Assembly (NCBI GenBank): GCA_045106415.1
Contig: JBGCEP010000028.1
Coordinates: 48,042 to 112,041, forward strand
Source: Oligoflexales bacterium
Lineage (GTDB): Bacteria; Bdellovibrionota_B; Oligoflexia; Oligoflexales; Bog-1112
DNA: 64,000 nt
Reading direction: 5' to 3'
Part shown: one piece after another, positions 18,999 to 28,433 of the stretch
Numbering within the stretch: position 1 is the stretch's first letter
Layout: every line of letters begins with the position of its first letter
Notes under the pieces: generated by a model
What the model was told of the DNA's origin: nothing
What the model saw: only the letters and a program-made list of their open reading frames with translations
The model's database searches: none
Translations under genes and position numbers: made by a program

Positions 18999-19943
18999 TT
19001 AAACATGATTTCTTAAACTTAAATCAGTTGGATGCGGATTTAGATAATATTGGTTTTTGATATATGCAACGTTATGTAATTTGGCATAATGCTGTAATAG
19101 AGTCATCGGCACAATTAAAGGATGAACACCTTGATGATAGTACTCAATAACCTCTAAAACAGATTGTTTTTCTTCTTTAGATAAAAACTTTTTAAAAAAA
19201 CCGAGAATATGAAGTAGAGCATCGGTATTTTTTCGCGTTGTGGTTTTAATAGACAAAGCCGTCATATAGAGCTCAGAATATTCTTCAATAAAATCTTTTG
19301 ATTTATAATCAGCTATTTTCGCAACAAGGTGTCCAAGCTCTGTGTATAATCCCCGGCCTCTTGCAAGTAGTAGGTATTTATTGTTTTGGTGGAAATCAAC
19401 CCAGTCACCTCTTTTAAATCTTTGACCACAAAGCTCTTGTAGGCGGTGATACCCAAAAACCCTCTCAATAAAATTTTCTCTAATTTTATAATCATTTAAT
19501 CTCCCCTCTTCTTCGATGGGAATTAAAGGCCACTGCTTTTGAAATTCTTTAGAAAAAAGACCCATACCATCAGGCAATGGAATACCTGTTTTCTCTTGAT
19601 AAACCTTCACACGAAATGCTCCACACGAGGGAGAACCTTTTTTAAATAAATATCCAGATAAACCATGAAGTTTCTGAACTCTTTTTTTGCTATAAGTATT
19701 CATAGCACTTGTCCAATCTTCACCGGAACGGGGTTCTATCATGGAAGGTTGATGAATATCCCCAACCAAACGCACACTTTTACGAGGCACTCCCATTCCA
19801 ACCTCTAACTCAGGACAGACAGGGACATATTTAAAGTATTTACCTAAAATTTCGTTGATATACCAATGTCTCTTGTGTTGAGCATCAAATCTGACTTTTT
19901 CACCCAATAAACAACTCGACACACCAATCATAATATCATTCAT
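18999..19943 (-). CDS. ybgA: YbgA-family protein (DUF523 plus DUF1722)
   Basis: GVSSCLLGEKVRFD, VCPE, KGSPSCG, EEEGRL, QYYLNPHP; adjacent to phrB as in E. coli. Confidence 0.9.
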   Translation of the reverse strand: MNDIMIGVSSCLLGEKVRFDAQHKRHWYINEILGKYFKYVPVCPELEVGMGVPRKSVRLVGDIHQPSMIEPRSGEDWTSAMNTYSKKRVQKLHGLSGYLFKKGSPSCGAFRVKVYQEKTGIPLPDGMGLFSKEFQKQWPLIPIEEEGRLNDYKIRENFIERVFGYHRLQELCGQRFKRGDWVDFHQNNKYLLLARGRGLYTELGHLVAKIADYKSKDFIEEYSELYMTALSIKTTTRKNTDALLHILGFFKKFLSKEEKQSVLEVIEYYHQGVHPLIVPMTLLQHYAKLHNVAYIKNQYYLNPHPTDLSLRNHV

Positions 19944-19975
19944 ATGCTTCCATTTCGTGTTGATATACTATTATC

Positions 19976-20827
19976 TTACCAAGGTAACTTTTCACCATCC
20001 CAGGAAAAAAAAGAACCTGATTCTTTTATTGTACATTTTTGTATAACCTGCAGCATGTTAATAGCAGTCTCACTTACTGTATGCACAATAAGGCTCGTTT
20101 TTTTTATATAAGGCTGCGAGAGATCTGTTTTGGTTGTACCTGGATGTAAACTCAAAACAATGCATAATTTCTTTCTATTCAAGTATTCAATAGCAATATT
20201 TTTCAAAAACATATTCAAAGCTGCTTTAGACGCCCGATAGCCATACCAACCACCCAAAGAGTTATCTTCAATACTACCTACTTTTGCTGATAACGTTGCA
20301 AAAATTGATATTTTTTCTTTACTAAAAAAATCAATTGCATGCTTTGCAATAAGAGGAGTCGCAATGGCATTCACTCTAAAATATTCCATCAAATAATCTG
20401 GTTTAATTTGATTTAAACTTTTTTCTGGATGCATACTATCTTGATCAAGAATCCCAATAGCATTAATCAAACAGTCAATATAGACACATCGAGATGATAC
20501 TCTCTCAAAAAAAGCGCGAATATCATTTTCAACAGTCATGTCATACTGAAAAATATAAAGACGGTCTTCATACTTTTCTTTCAGCAACAAAAGCTTACTT
20601 GCTTTTGTTGTCTTTCGAAAAGATGCAAAAACAATCATTTCATGGTGCACACCTAGTAATTGCTCAGTCAGTGCACACCCGATACCATGCCCAGCACCCA
20701 AAACAACACCAACACGAGCCTCGCTCCAATCAAACTGACTCATTTGAGGCCTTCTGCTGAATAAGTATCTCCTCATAGAGGTAAACCTCAATAAGAAACT
20801 CTCGATAGAAACAAAGCACCGATACAA
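19976..20827 (-). CDS. CsgA/C-factor-like short-chain dehydrogenase; start probably 20743
   Basis: GAGHGIG, PEKSL, LSAKVGSIEDNSLGGWYGYRASKAALN, LHPGTTKTDLS. Confidence 0.9.
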   Translation of the reverse strand: MYRCFVSIESFLLRFTSMRRYLFSRRPQMSQFDWSEARVGVVLGAGHGIGCALTEQLLGVHHEMIVFASFRKTTKASKLLLLKEKYEDRLYIFQYDMTVENDIRAFFERVSSRCVYIDCLINAIGILDQDSMHPEKSLNQIKPDYLMEYFRVNAIATPLIAKHAIDFFSKEKISIFATLSAKVGSIEDNSLGGWYGYRASKAALNMFLKNIAIEYLNRKKLCIVLSLHPGTTKTDLSQPYIKKTSLIVHTVSETAINMLQVIQKCTIKESGSFFSWDGEKLPW

Positions 20828-20846
20828 AACATAAAAAAAACACAGA

Positions 20847-21239
20847 CTACCTCATATGACATTGATCATCACATTTTTTCTTAGGGAGATAAGGCCTCAA
20901 ATTTGCAAAAACAAGATAACCCACATTCATCAATGGTCGTATCACTCTGTTCTTAGCACACCATATCCCATATGGAAAAATTTCTAGCGTTTCCCAAATT
21001 TGTACAAAAGCATCCACCCCGGAACACAACTCATTTTTTGCGCTCTTTATATGGAAAAATTTATTCACCAACTTAGGATCAAGCCCTTCTTGTGTAGGGT
21101 CAAAACCAACAGCTGAAATATCCATCAATTTTAAGCGATCATATCGGTCTAGATTTTTATAAACCTGCATTTCATGCTCACACAAAGGGCATGAACCATC
21201 ATAATAGGCTGTCATTAAAGGTTTTTTCTTACTCATCAC
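20847..21239 (-). CDS. DCC1-like thiol-disulfide oxidoreductase (DUF393)
   Basis: YDGSCPLC motif; GGAGGG RBS. Confidence 0.88.
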   Translation of the reverse strand: MMSKKKPLMTAYYDGSCPLCEHEMQVYKNLDRYDRLKLMDISAVGFDPTQEGLDPKLVNKFFHIKSAKNELCSGVDAFVQIWETLEIFPYGIWCAKNRVIRPLMNVGYLVFANLRPYLPKKKCDDQCHMR

Positions 21240-21245
21240 GCCCTC

Positions 21246-21269
21246 CGTGTTTAACTCATGTTAAACGAT
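21246..21269. promoter_or_regulatory. Operator copy CGTGTTTAA-N6-TTAAACGAT abutting the DCC1 gene RBS
   Basis: Right arm perfect, left arm 6/9 match to the 14931 site. Confidence 0.75.
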
Positions 21270-21300
21270 TTAATTTTACATCAACTAACCTCAGCCAGCA

Positions 21301-21324
21301 ATCGTTTAATCACCATTAAACTAT
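21301..21324. promoter_or_regulatory. Operator copy ATCGTTTAA-N6-TTAAACTAT in the divergent intergenic region
   Basis: 17/18 arm match to the 14931 site. Confidence 0.8.
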
Positions 21325-21420
21325 TCGGTTTGACTATAAAAAACATTGAGTGTAAAAATAAGTTTAAGCTTAAGTTCTTGTAATAACTTAAATATAAATC
21401 CTCTTCAGGAAGGCCATGGT

Positions 21421-21951
21421 ATGAACCCTCCCCCACACGTGCGAGAAGTTGCAGAATCTATTGGTCAGTTCATAGAATACTGGGGTTTCAAACACATTCA
21501 TGGCCGTATTTGGACAACCATTTTCCTCGCAAGAAACCCTATATCCAGCCCTGAAATCGTGGCTTCGTTAGGTGTTTCTAAAGGTCTTGTCAGCGTTGCT
21601 ATCAACGAACTTATTCACTACGGTCTTATTACTAAAGCCAGCAAAACAATTCATGGGGGACAAACATATTTAGCAACAGAAGATATTGGCTCTGTTATCC
21701 GAAATGTCTTAAGAGAACGAGAACTAAAACTTCTCAACGAGAATGAAAATAAACTTCATTTACTCGCAGCGCACTCGGTTGAAGAGCTTGAAGGAGCCAA
21801 TATATCCGTAAGTAAACTCAATGACCTCATAAGAATCACACAAGCTAACAAGAATTTACTTACCACGCTTATTAGCAAAAATTTTCACACTCTAGAAAAT
21901 TGGATTCAATTTATCAAAAAATCGCACCAAATCTTACGGTTACACAAATAG
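21421..21951 (+). CDS. GbsR/MarR-family transcriptional regulator
   Basis: IGQFIEYWGFKHIHGRIW..EIVASLGVSKGLVSVAINELIHYGLI winged-HTH pattern; start set at ATG 21421. Confidence 0.85.
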   Translation: MNPPPHVREVAESIGQFIEYWGFKHIHGRIWTTIFLARNPISSPEIVASLGVSKGLVSVAINELIHYGLITKASKTIHGGQTYLATEDIGSVIRNVLRERELKLLNENENKLHLLAAHSVEELEGANISVSKLNDLIRITQANKNLLTTLISKNFHTLENWIQFIKKSHQILRLHK

Positions 21952-22024
21952 CAAAAAAATCACATCTATAATGACAACTATCTTTTTCTACCGCTGTCAG
22001 CTCAAAAGAACACGACTCTGGATA

Positions 22025-22975
22025 TTAAAATTCATTAGCTCTAAGCCATTGCTCTAGGCGATAAGCACTTTGCAGTGCTCCTTCAACTCTTCCTCCTTGA
22101 TACCAGTCTCCGCAGGCACCTAATGAATGAGAAGCGTCCCACAGAAAAGGTTTTAAGCTTTCCCCAGACTGAATAGATGCGTAGCGCCAAAAATGGATTT
22201 TTTGGCTATAAACTTCTATTTTTTTATTCAAAAGACATGATAATTCTGTAGTAAGAGATTTACACACTTGCCCTTCATCTCTTTGCTCAGAAGACCAAGA
22301 TGGTGACCCATGTAAAATCCATTGATCTTTTTCTTGACCTGCATGATGAGCGACCCAAGATAATGGTGAATTTTTAATAAAAGCGCCTACCCATGAGGTC
22401 TTATAACTAGGAGTTGTAAGCATCACTGCATAACATGGTGCAGCCTGAATATTTGGATATACCAAGAGATCATGTGTCAATTTTGATGCCTGAGGAATGG
22501 GCGTTGTTACCACACAAAGATCAAAACCTTTTTCTTCTTGAGTATCACTCACAATCGACCATGTACTCTGATCTTTTCGAAGCTCTTTCACTTCAAACTG
22601 AAGCCGACATGACACTGACCTTACCCAAAATTTTAAAAAACTGTTCATGTGAGGGCACCCAACATAACGAATACTATGGATAGCTTTTTCTGGTGGGTTT
22701 TCACGATTTTTATAAAATACAAGATCGTCAGAAAATTCTTTCACAGTACCTGCATCTACTAACGGCTGAATATAATTTTGAATATCCTGATCTCTAATCG
22801 TAAAAAATTGGGCTCCATGGTGAAAAACATCACCAGAGTCATCCCTACGATTTGAACAACGCCCGCCGACACCACGACTTTTTTCAAACAATGTGACATC
22901 AGCTTTCTCATGCAGAAGGTGTGATAGAAAACACCCACTAACACCTGCTCCAATAATAGCTATTTTAGGTTTCAT
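22025..22975 (-). CDS. Renalase-like FAD-dependent oxidoreductase
   Basis: IIGAGVSG, FEKSRGVGGR, HGAQFFT, WRYA, CGDWYQGGRVEGA. Confidence 0.9.
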   Translation of the reverse strand: MKPKIAIIGAGVSGCFLSHLLHEKADVTLFEKSRGVGGRCSNRRDDSGDVFHHGAQFFTIRDQDIQNYIQPLVDAGTVKEFSDDLVFYKNRENPPEKAIHSIRYVGCPHMNSFLKFWVRSVSCRLQFEVKELRKDQSTWSIVSDTQEEKGFDLCVVTTPIPQASKLTHDLLVYPNIQAAPCYAVMLTTPSYKTSWVGAFIKNSPLSWVAHHAGQEKDQWILHGSPSWSSEQRDEGQVCKSLTTELSCLLNKKIEVYSQKIHFWRYASIQSGESLKPFLWDASHSLGACGDWYQGGRVEGALQSAYRLEQWLRANEF

Positions 22976-22983
22976 ACAGTCAC

Positions 22984-23757
22984 CTAACTCCTAAGACCGT
23001 AGCCTTTTTTAAACAATATTAAATTTATAAAAAAGCATCCAAAATTCATACTGATCAAAATCCAAAGACCATAATTCAAAGAAATGTCTGCCGCACCTAA
23101 AAAGCCGTATCGAAAACCATTCACCATATACACAATAGGATTAAAACAAGAAACCGTCTTCCAAAAAGGAGAAAGCTCTTCAATACTATAAAAAACCCCT
23201 CCTAAATAAGTAAGAGGTGTAAGAACAAATGTCGGAACAATATTAATATCATCAAACTTCCGAGCAAATAAAGCATTAATCAAACCAGCTTGTGCAAATA
23301 AACACGTTGTAAGCAGAGCGTGCAATACTAACATTGTATAAGAAAAAATTCTTATTTCAGCAAAGAACATTGACACAATCGAAACCAGAGATCCAACCAA
23401 AAGAGCTCTATACATCCCTCCTGCCACCCAACCACCAATGATAACAACACTACGAGCAGGGGAAACAAGAAGTTCTTCAACACTCTTTTGAAACTTTAAA
23501 CTAAAAAAAGAAGAGCAAACATTCATATAAGAATTTGTAATCATTGTCATCATCACAAGCCCTGGCGCAATAAACTGCATATAACTTACACCATGAATCA
23601 ACCCTATTCTTTCACCGATAAATTTTCCAAAAATTAAAAAATAAAGAGTTACCGTCACAACTGGAGGAATAAGAGTCTGAATCCAAATCCTATTCACTCT
23701 AATCATTTCTTTTCTTAAGATACTACAAAAAACAATATAATTTTCGTATAAAGTCAT
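22984..23757 (-). CDS. yadH: ABC-2 transporter permease (YadH-like)
   Basis: RIWIQTLIPP, YMQFIAPGLVMM, PLTYLGGVFYSI, NPIVYMVNGFRYG. Confidence 0.9.
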   Translation of the reverse strand: MTLYENYIVFCSILRKEMIRVNRIWIQTLIPPVVTVTLYFLIFGKFIGERIGLIHGVSYMQFIAPGLVMMTMITNSYMNVCSSFFSLKFQKSVEELLVSPARSVVIIGGWVAGGMYRALLVGSLVSIVSMFFAEIRIFSYTMLVLHALLTTCLFAQAGLINALFARKFDDINIVPTFVLTPLTYLGGVFYSIEELSPFWKTVSCFNPIVYMVNGFRYGFLGAADISLNYGLWILISMNFGCFFINLILFKKGYGLRS

Positions 23758-24680
23758 GATTTAACCTCAGGTTTATTACTATCAATCACACTCATGAAGA
23801 GTTCTTCTATGCGATTGGTTTTTGGCCTTACACCGAGAATTTTTAATTTTTTTTCATTTAAATAACTAAAAAGTAGATTCATATCAAAATCTGCATTGAT
23901 TTCAACTTCAAGCTGCATTCCACTTGATAAAATAACACATCCTGGTATTTCAATATTTTGCTCCCAAGAACGATCTAAATCAATTAAATATTTCTGGGTG
24001 TTCATTCTTGAAATTAAGTTGCGAACAGAGGTATCTTCTAACAAAGATCCTTGATTAATAATAGCAACACGTTCACATAATTGTTCTACTTCCTCTAAGT
24101 AATGAGTTGTTAAAACAATTGTGCAGCCTCCTTTATTTAAATCAACTACAAAGTCCCAAATATCCCTTCGTATCTCAACATCAACCCCTGCAGTTGGTTC
24201 ATCGAGTATCAAAATTTTAGGGTGATGCATCATCGCTCTTGCTATCATTAAACGGCGTTTCATACCTCCAGATAAGTTACGTGAAATTTCATCTCTCTTA
24301 TCCCATAAATGAAGCTTTTTCAGCCATTTTTCAGCTCGAGGGCGAGCCTCTTTCGCAGGGATACCGTAATAACCAGCTTGAGTCATTACAATATCCATCA
24401 CTCTTTCAAACACATTTAAGTTAAACTCTTGTGGGACAAGACCTAATAGCCGGCGGACATCCTCAGGGTTTTTATCTAAGTCAAACCCCCCGACCTTAAC
24501 CTTTCCCCGACTTTTATTCACCAAGCTTGAAATAATGCCTATTAATGTTGATTTACCCGCCCCATTCGGCCCTAAAACAGCATAAAAAGAACCCTCAGGA
24601 ATCAAAAGACTCACACCTTTTAAAGCTTGAACGCCACCCTTATACGTTTTCGCAACATCTATTAATTCAACTGCACCCAT
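23754..24680 (-). CDS. yadG: ABC transporter ATP-binding protein (YadG-like)
   Basis: GPNGAGKS, LSGGMKRR, LILDEPTAGVD, TTHYLEE. Confidence 0.92.
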   Translation of the reverse strand: MGAVELIDVAKTYKGGVQALKGVSLLIPEGSFYAVLGPNGAGKSTLIGIISSLVNKSRGKVKVGGFDLDKNPEDVRRLLGLVPQEFNLNVFERVMDIVMTQAGYYGIPAKEARPRAEKWLKKLHLWDKRDEISRNLSGGMKRRLMIARAMMHHPKILILDEPTAGVDVEIRRDIWDFVVDLNKGGCTIVLTTHYLEEVEQLCERVAIINQGSLLEDTSVRNLISRMNTQKYLIDLDRSWEQNIEIPGCVILSSGMQLEVEINADFDMNLLFSYLNEKKLKILGVRPKTNRIEELFMSVIDSNKPEVKS

Positions 24681-24774
24681 AGGGCATCTCCATTTTTGTA
24701 AGAACCTATAAAAGATAGCAAAACTTAAAAAATTTCGCTCACAAAATAAAGGTGATTGACCAAGCAGCCAACTT

Positions 24775-26181
24775 TTGATACTCGGTATACAGATAAAATA
24801 TGACTATGATAGGGAGAGCTCCATGCCAAAGAATGTACTTTGCACAGCAGTATTATTTTTTTCCATAATTCCAAATGCCTATAGTCTAGATTTTCGTAAT
24901 TATTGTGACCAAGAACTCAGAAAATCTCTATCTCTTTCTCCACAACAAGATAAATCAGTGTCTCAAACAGTCATAGGAGTCCTCCAAGCAACACAGAGCA
25001 TGACGTGTGACCAAGCTTGGGAAGCCTTACAAACAACAGACAACCTTTCGTTGAAATACATGGGAATTGAGGACATCAGCCCGTTAAGAGGTTACAAGGG
25101 GCTCAACCTAGATTTATCAAACAATAAGATTCATTCCTTATGGGGACTTGAACACCTCCCTCAACTTCAAAGACTTCTGCTACACGAGAATAAAATCCAA
25201 GATCTTTCTCCTTTAGCTCAACATAAGAATTTAAAAACAATCAACATCTCTGACAACCCTCTTGATATTGATGGTACCTACGTCCTCAAAGACCTTTTTT
25301 CTCTGCACACACTTTATGCTGAAAACACACCCTTCGCTCAAAACGCTGAAGAGGTTTTAAGTCTCGCGCACCATATTTTTAATAACCAGGTAAAGCTTGG
25401 AAACATTCAGGAAGAAAATATTATGGGGCAAAGCCATAAAGCAATGGAAGTGATATCGATTGCTGATTACATCACCAATACATACCGCCCAGTCACTGTA
25501 GACGATATTAATCAAATCAACAATCTGATCTTGTCAGCCCAGAGCACCGAAGACATAGAAACACATGGTCAGGAACAGAGCTCGGAATCCTCTTCTAACG
25601 ACGACACAGCTCTAAGCTTTTCTGATAAGTTTCTATATGTCATATTAGAAATACAGATGAACGAAGTTATCAAAGAACTCGCCGAAGAAGAACCTCAGAG
25701 CCCTTCTCGCTTTATTCTTTCTCTTCTTTCTGGAGCAGACAAGTGGGATTTCTCTCACCTTCGCGCTGAACTCAAATCAGCACCTTTTAGCGATCAAGAC
25801 ATTGATGTTATTTCAAAAAGCATTGTCAATAAAAAACGGCTCCGAAGTATCATGCACGCTGAAAAGTTTTACATCACACTCCGCCATGCGTGGGAACGTC
25901 GTATTCTAGATAGCACACTTCCTCAGGTACAAAAATCTATCATTTTAGACAAAATACATGAGCGTTCGCAGCTCACAATAAGAGCTCTAGAGTATAAATT
26001 CGCCTCGAAGAGTACACCCCCTCTTGATGGAAACGCTTATATGGTGCTTGCACAAGAAATCATTAAATCTTGCCCAAATATGATTACAACAGAACGTCTA
26101 CTCAACCTTATCGATACCGCGCTTGCTCGGTTCTCTAATCACAACATTCCTTTATCAATGCGTTCAGGAACTCAAATCTAG
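24775..26181 (+). CDS. Secreted LRR (internalin-like) protein; likely start 24823
   Basis: LDLSNNKIHSLWGLE, LLLHENKIQDLSPL; N-terminal half similar to the 5293 protein. Confidence 0.8.
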   Translation: MILGIQIKYDYDRESSMPKNVLCTAVLFFSIIPNAYSLDFRNYCDQELRKSLSLSPQQDKSVSQTVIGVLQATQSMTCDQAWEALQTTDNLSLKYMGIEDISPLRGYKGLNLDLSNNKIHSLWGLEHLPQLQRLLLHENKIQDLSPLAQHKNLKTINISDNPLDIDGTYVLKDLFSLHTLYAENTPFAQNAEEVLSLAHHIFNNQVKLGNIQEENIMGQSHKAMEVISIADYITNTYRPVTVDDINQINNLILSAQSTEDIETHGQEQSSESSSNDDTALSFSDKFLYVILEIQMNEVIKELAEEEPQSPSRFILSLLSGADKWDFSHLRAELKSAPFSDQDIDVISKSIVNKKRLRSIMHAEKFYITLRHAWERRILDSTLPQVQKSIILDKIHERSQLTIRALEYKFASKSTPPLDGNAYMVLAQEIIKSCPNMITTERLLNLIDTALARFSNHNIPLSMRSGTQI

Positions 26182-26232
26182 AGCTCTAACCAACTGTTTT
26201 CAAAAGATACTGGAAATGTTTCTTAGGTTTTT

Positions 26233-26294
26233 TAAAACCTTTCCGATATAGAACTGCTCTCTACAGCAAGAGCTTCTATATCGGAAAGGTTTTA
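26233..26294. repeat. 21-bp perfect inverted repeat (26233-26253 / 26274-26294) covering the RBS and the A of the next ATG
   Basis: TAAAACCTTTCCGATATAGAA ... TTCTATATCGGAAAGGTTTTA; inner GCTCT/AGAGC extends the stem. Confidence 0.92.
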
Positions 26295-27241
26295 TGCGTT
26301 GGCAGCTTGGTATCATCATTGCTTTTCTCACCTTGATGCAAGGCAGCTACGGATTGTCGCAGAATTCTTCTGACCCGTATCGTCGCCCTCAAGAAATTAT
26401 AAACACAATGGCAAACCTGGCACAACTCCACTCCAACGCTCAGCTTTTACAGATTGGTGAAACTCTGCACCAGGATCCCCTTTTCATCCTCAAAATTACA
26501 CCACTCTCTCAAAAGGAAGATTCAAAAAGCTCTAAGGGAGTATTCATTATTGGTGGACATCATGGAAACGAAGGACCTTCACCTGAGGTTGTTATTGATT
26601 TAGCTGTACAAATTCTAAGCACAGAATCGAACCCTGCATGGTTCAAAAGAACTCTCTACATCATGCCTATCGCTTCGCCGGTGGCTCTTTCTCGTAGAAG
26701 CCGACACACACACCAACACGACCTTAACCGTGACTATCCTTACCCTGGCAGACCTGATACAAAACCTGCTTTTCAAACAGTAGAAAGCCAAGCGATTGAC
26801 GCTTTTCTTAAAAAGACACACATCAGTCATGCGATCACTGTTCACTCTGGAATTAAGGCTGTTTTATACCCAAATGGTTTTCAAAAAAATGGCCTGAATG
26901 CTGACGACCAGAAATATTTTGAAGCAATCGCAAGAAAAAGCGCAGAAGCAATGAAGATAGATCGTTTTTTATCTATGTGGGACAGTTATCCTACATATGG
27001 TTCTTTTATTGATTACGCATATCACTCTCACGGTATTATCGCTCTGAATTTTGAAATTTCAGAAAAACACCACCCACTAGGAAGCGAACTTCATACGATA
27101 AGCGCACACTTTCAAAAAGGTATAGAAGCTTTTTTCGATTACGCTTTTTCAGGAACTCAAAAAGACGCTACAATAGCTGCATCGTCTCAAGAGGTTTCAA
27201 AACGATGGCAAAAATCTCCAAATTCTATCAAAGATCCTTAA
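26294..27241 (+). CDS. Secreted M14-family zinc carboxypeptidase
   Basis: HGNE zinc motif, DLNRDY, TVHS, FEI catalytic Glu; signal peptide. Confidence 0.88.
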   Translation: MRWQLGIIIAFLTLMQGSYGLSQNSSDPYRRPQEIINTMANLAQLHSNAQLLQIGETLHQDPLFILKITPLSQKEDSKSSKGVFIIGGHHGNEGPSPEVVIDLAVQILSTESNPAWFKRTLYIMPIASPVALSRRSRHTHQHDLNRDYPYPGRPDTKPAFQTVESQAIDAFLKKTHISHAITVHSGIKAVLYPNGFQKNGLNADDQKYFEAIARKSAEAMKIDRFLSMWDSYPTYGSFIDYAYHSHGIIALNFEISEKHHPLGSELHTISAHFQKGIEAFFDYAFSGTQKDATIAASSQEVSKRWQKSPNSIKDP

Positions 27242-28431
27242 TTTTACTAATTCTTACGTCTTGCAAGTCAAAAACAGAAGATACCTCATGGCAAGATTGT
27301 CAAAATCGAGGTGGAACTTGGAGAATCAATGAATGCCTCTTCCAACTTTCTGAGCAGGAATCATGTCTCAATCAAAAAAATGGATCTGAATGGAGAGAGA
27401 GCACATGCATCAGCACAGAAGAAAAAAAATGCCTTGAAAAAAATCATATATGGGATCGATTTCAATGCTTACCACCAACTTTGACATCTTGCTCACTAAA
27501 AGGTGAAAACTGGATTTATGAGAATGAAACCTGTCGAGAAAAAGAGTTTTTAGACTATTGCCTGCATGACTCCAAACATTCTTTTCTAAGAATATTAAAA
27601 AAAACTCTAAAAACAGAAGATTGTGACTCTTTACTCACTCAATTCCAGCACTTAAAAACTCTCAACCTTTCTCATGAAACATTCCAAGATCTAAAGCTCT
27701 TAAAAGAAGCGACTCAACTTCTTTCTCTTACATTAGATCACACTACATTTCCTCCACAGGATCTTTTAGCGCCACGACTTGAAGTTCTCATCGCAAGAAA
27801 TATAAAAGCCATAAACCTAAAGTTTATTCAAAACCTTATCTCTTTACAATATTTGGATATAAGCCACAACCAGATAACAGAGCTCTCTCAACTTCACTCT
27901 TTTCCTGAACTTGAAGTTCTCATAGCTACAGATAACCAAATCATAAAAATTAAGGACACAGACATTCCTGCTTCCTTAAAAAGGTTAAACCTTAACCAAA
28001 ATTCTTTACATGAAATTACTCTTTCTGATTTAAAAGCTATAGAACATTTAGAAGCTACAGGAAATCATATTTCTGCAGTTTCTCTCAAAAAAGCAGAGCA
28101 TTTAAAAAAATTAATCATCGATGGGCAAAAAACAACGTCACAGCTCACCGAAATCAACTGGCTCAAAGAGCTCAACTCTTTAGAACATATATCTTTATCA
28201 GATCATGCTATTCAAGATATCACCTCCATTCAATTTCTGCCCCTATTGAAAGTCATTGAAATGGAAAGAAATCAGATCGATAACATCACACCTTTTCAGT
28301 CTTTAGAAAACATTAGAAGCATCTCTTTAAGCGGAAATCCGATTCACTTTTTACACCGCAGAACCCCTGACACATGTCCATTAAATGCTCTTTCACAGGT
28401 TGTTTCTAAATACTGCGAAACAGACCAGTAA
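27205..28431 (+). CDS. LRR lipoprotein with N-terminal Cys/Trp repeats
   Basis: Lipobox LTSC; four CxxxxxxWxxxxC-like units; multiple LRRs. Confidence 0.82.
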   Translation: MAKISKFYQRSLILLILTSCKSKTEDTSWQDCQNRGGTWRINECLFQLSEQESCLNQKNGSEWRESTCISTEEKKCLEKNHIWDRFQCLPPTLTSCSLKGENWIYENETCREKEFLDYCLHDSKHSFLRILKKTLKTEDCDSLLTQFQHLKTLNLSHETFQDLKLLKEATQLLSLTLDHTTFPPQDLLAPRLEVLIARNIKAINLKFIQNLISLQYLDISHNQITELSQLHSFPELEVLIATDNQIIKIKDTDIPASLKRLNLNQNSLHEITLSDLKAIEHLEATGNHISAVSLKKAEHLKKLIIDGQKTTSQLTEINWLKELNSLEHISLSDHAIQDITSIQFLPLLKVIEMERNQIDNITPFQSLENIRSISLSGNPIHFLHRRTPDTCPLNALSQVVSKYCETDQ

Positions 28432-28433
28432 TC

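Noticed and set aside
26233..26294. Invertible phase-variation switch
   Set aside because: Only 20 bp lie between the arms and no recombinase is nearby; a hairpin explanation is simpler
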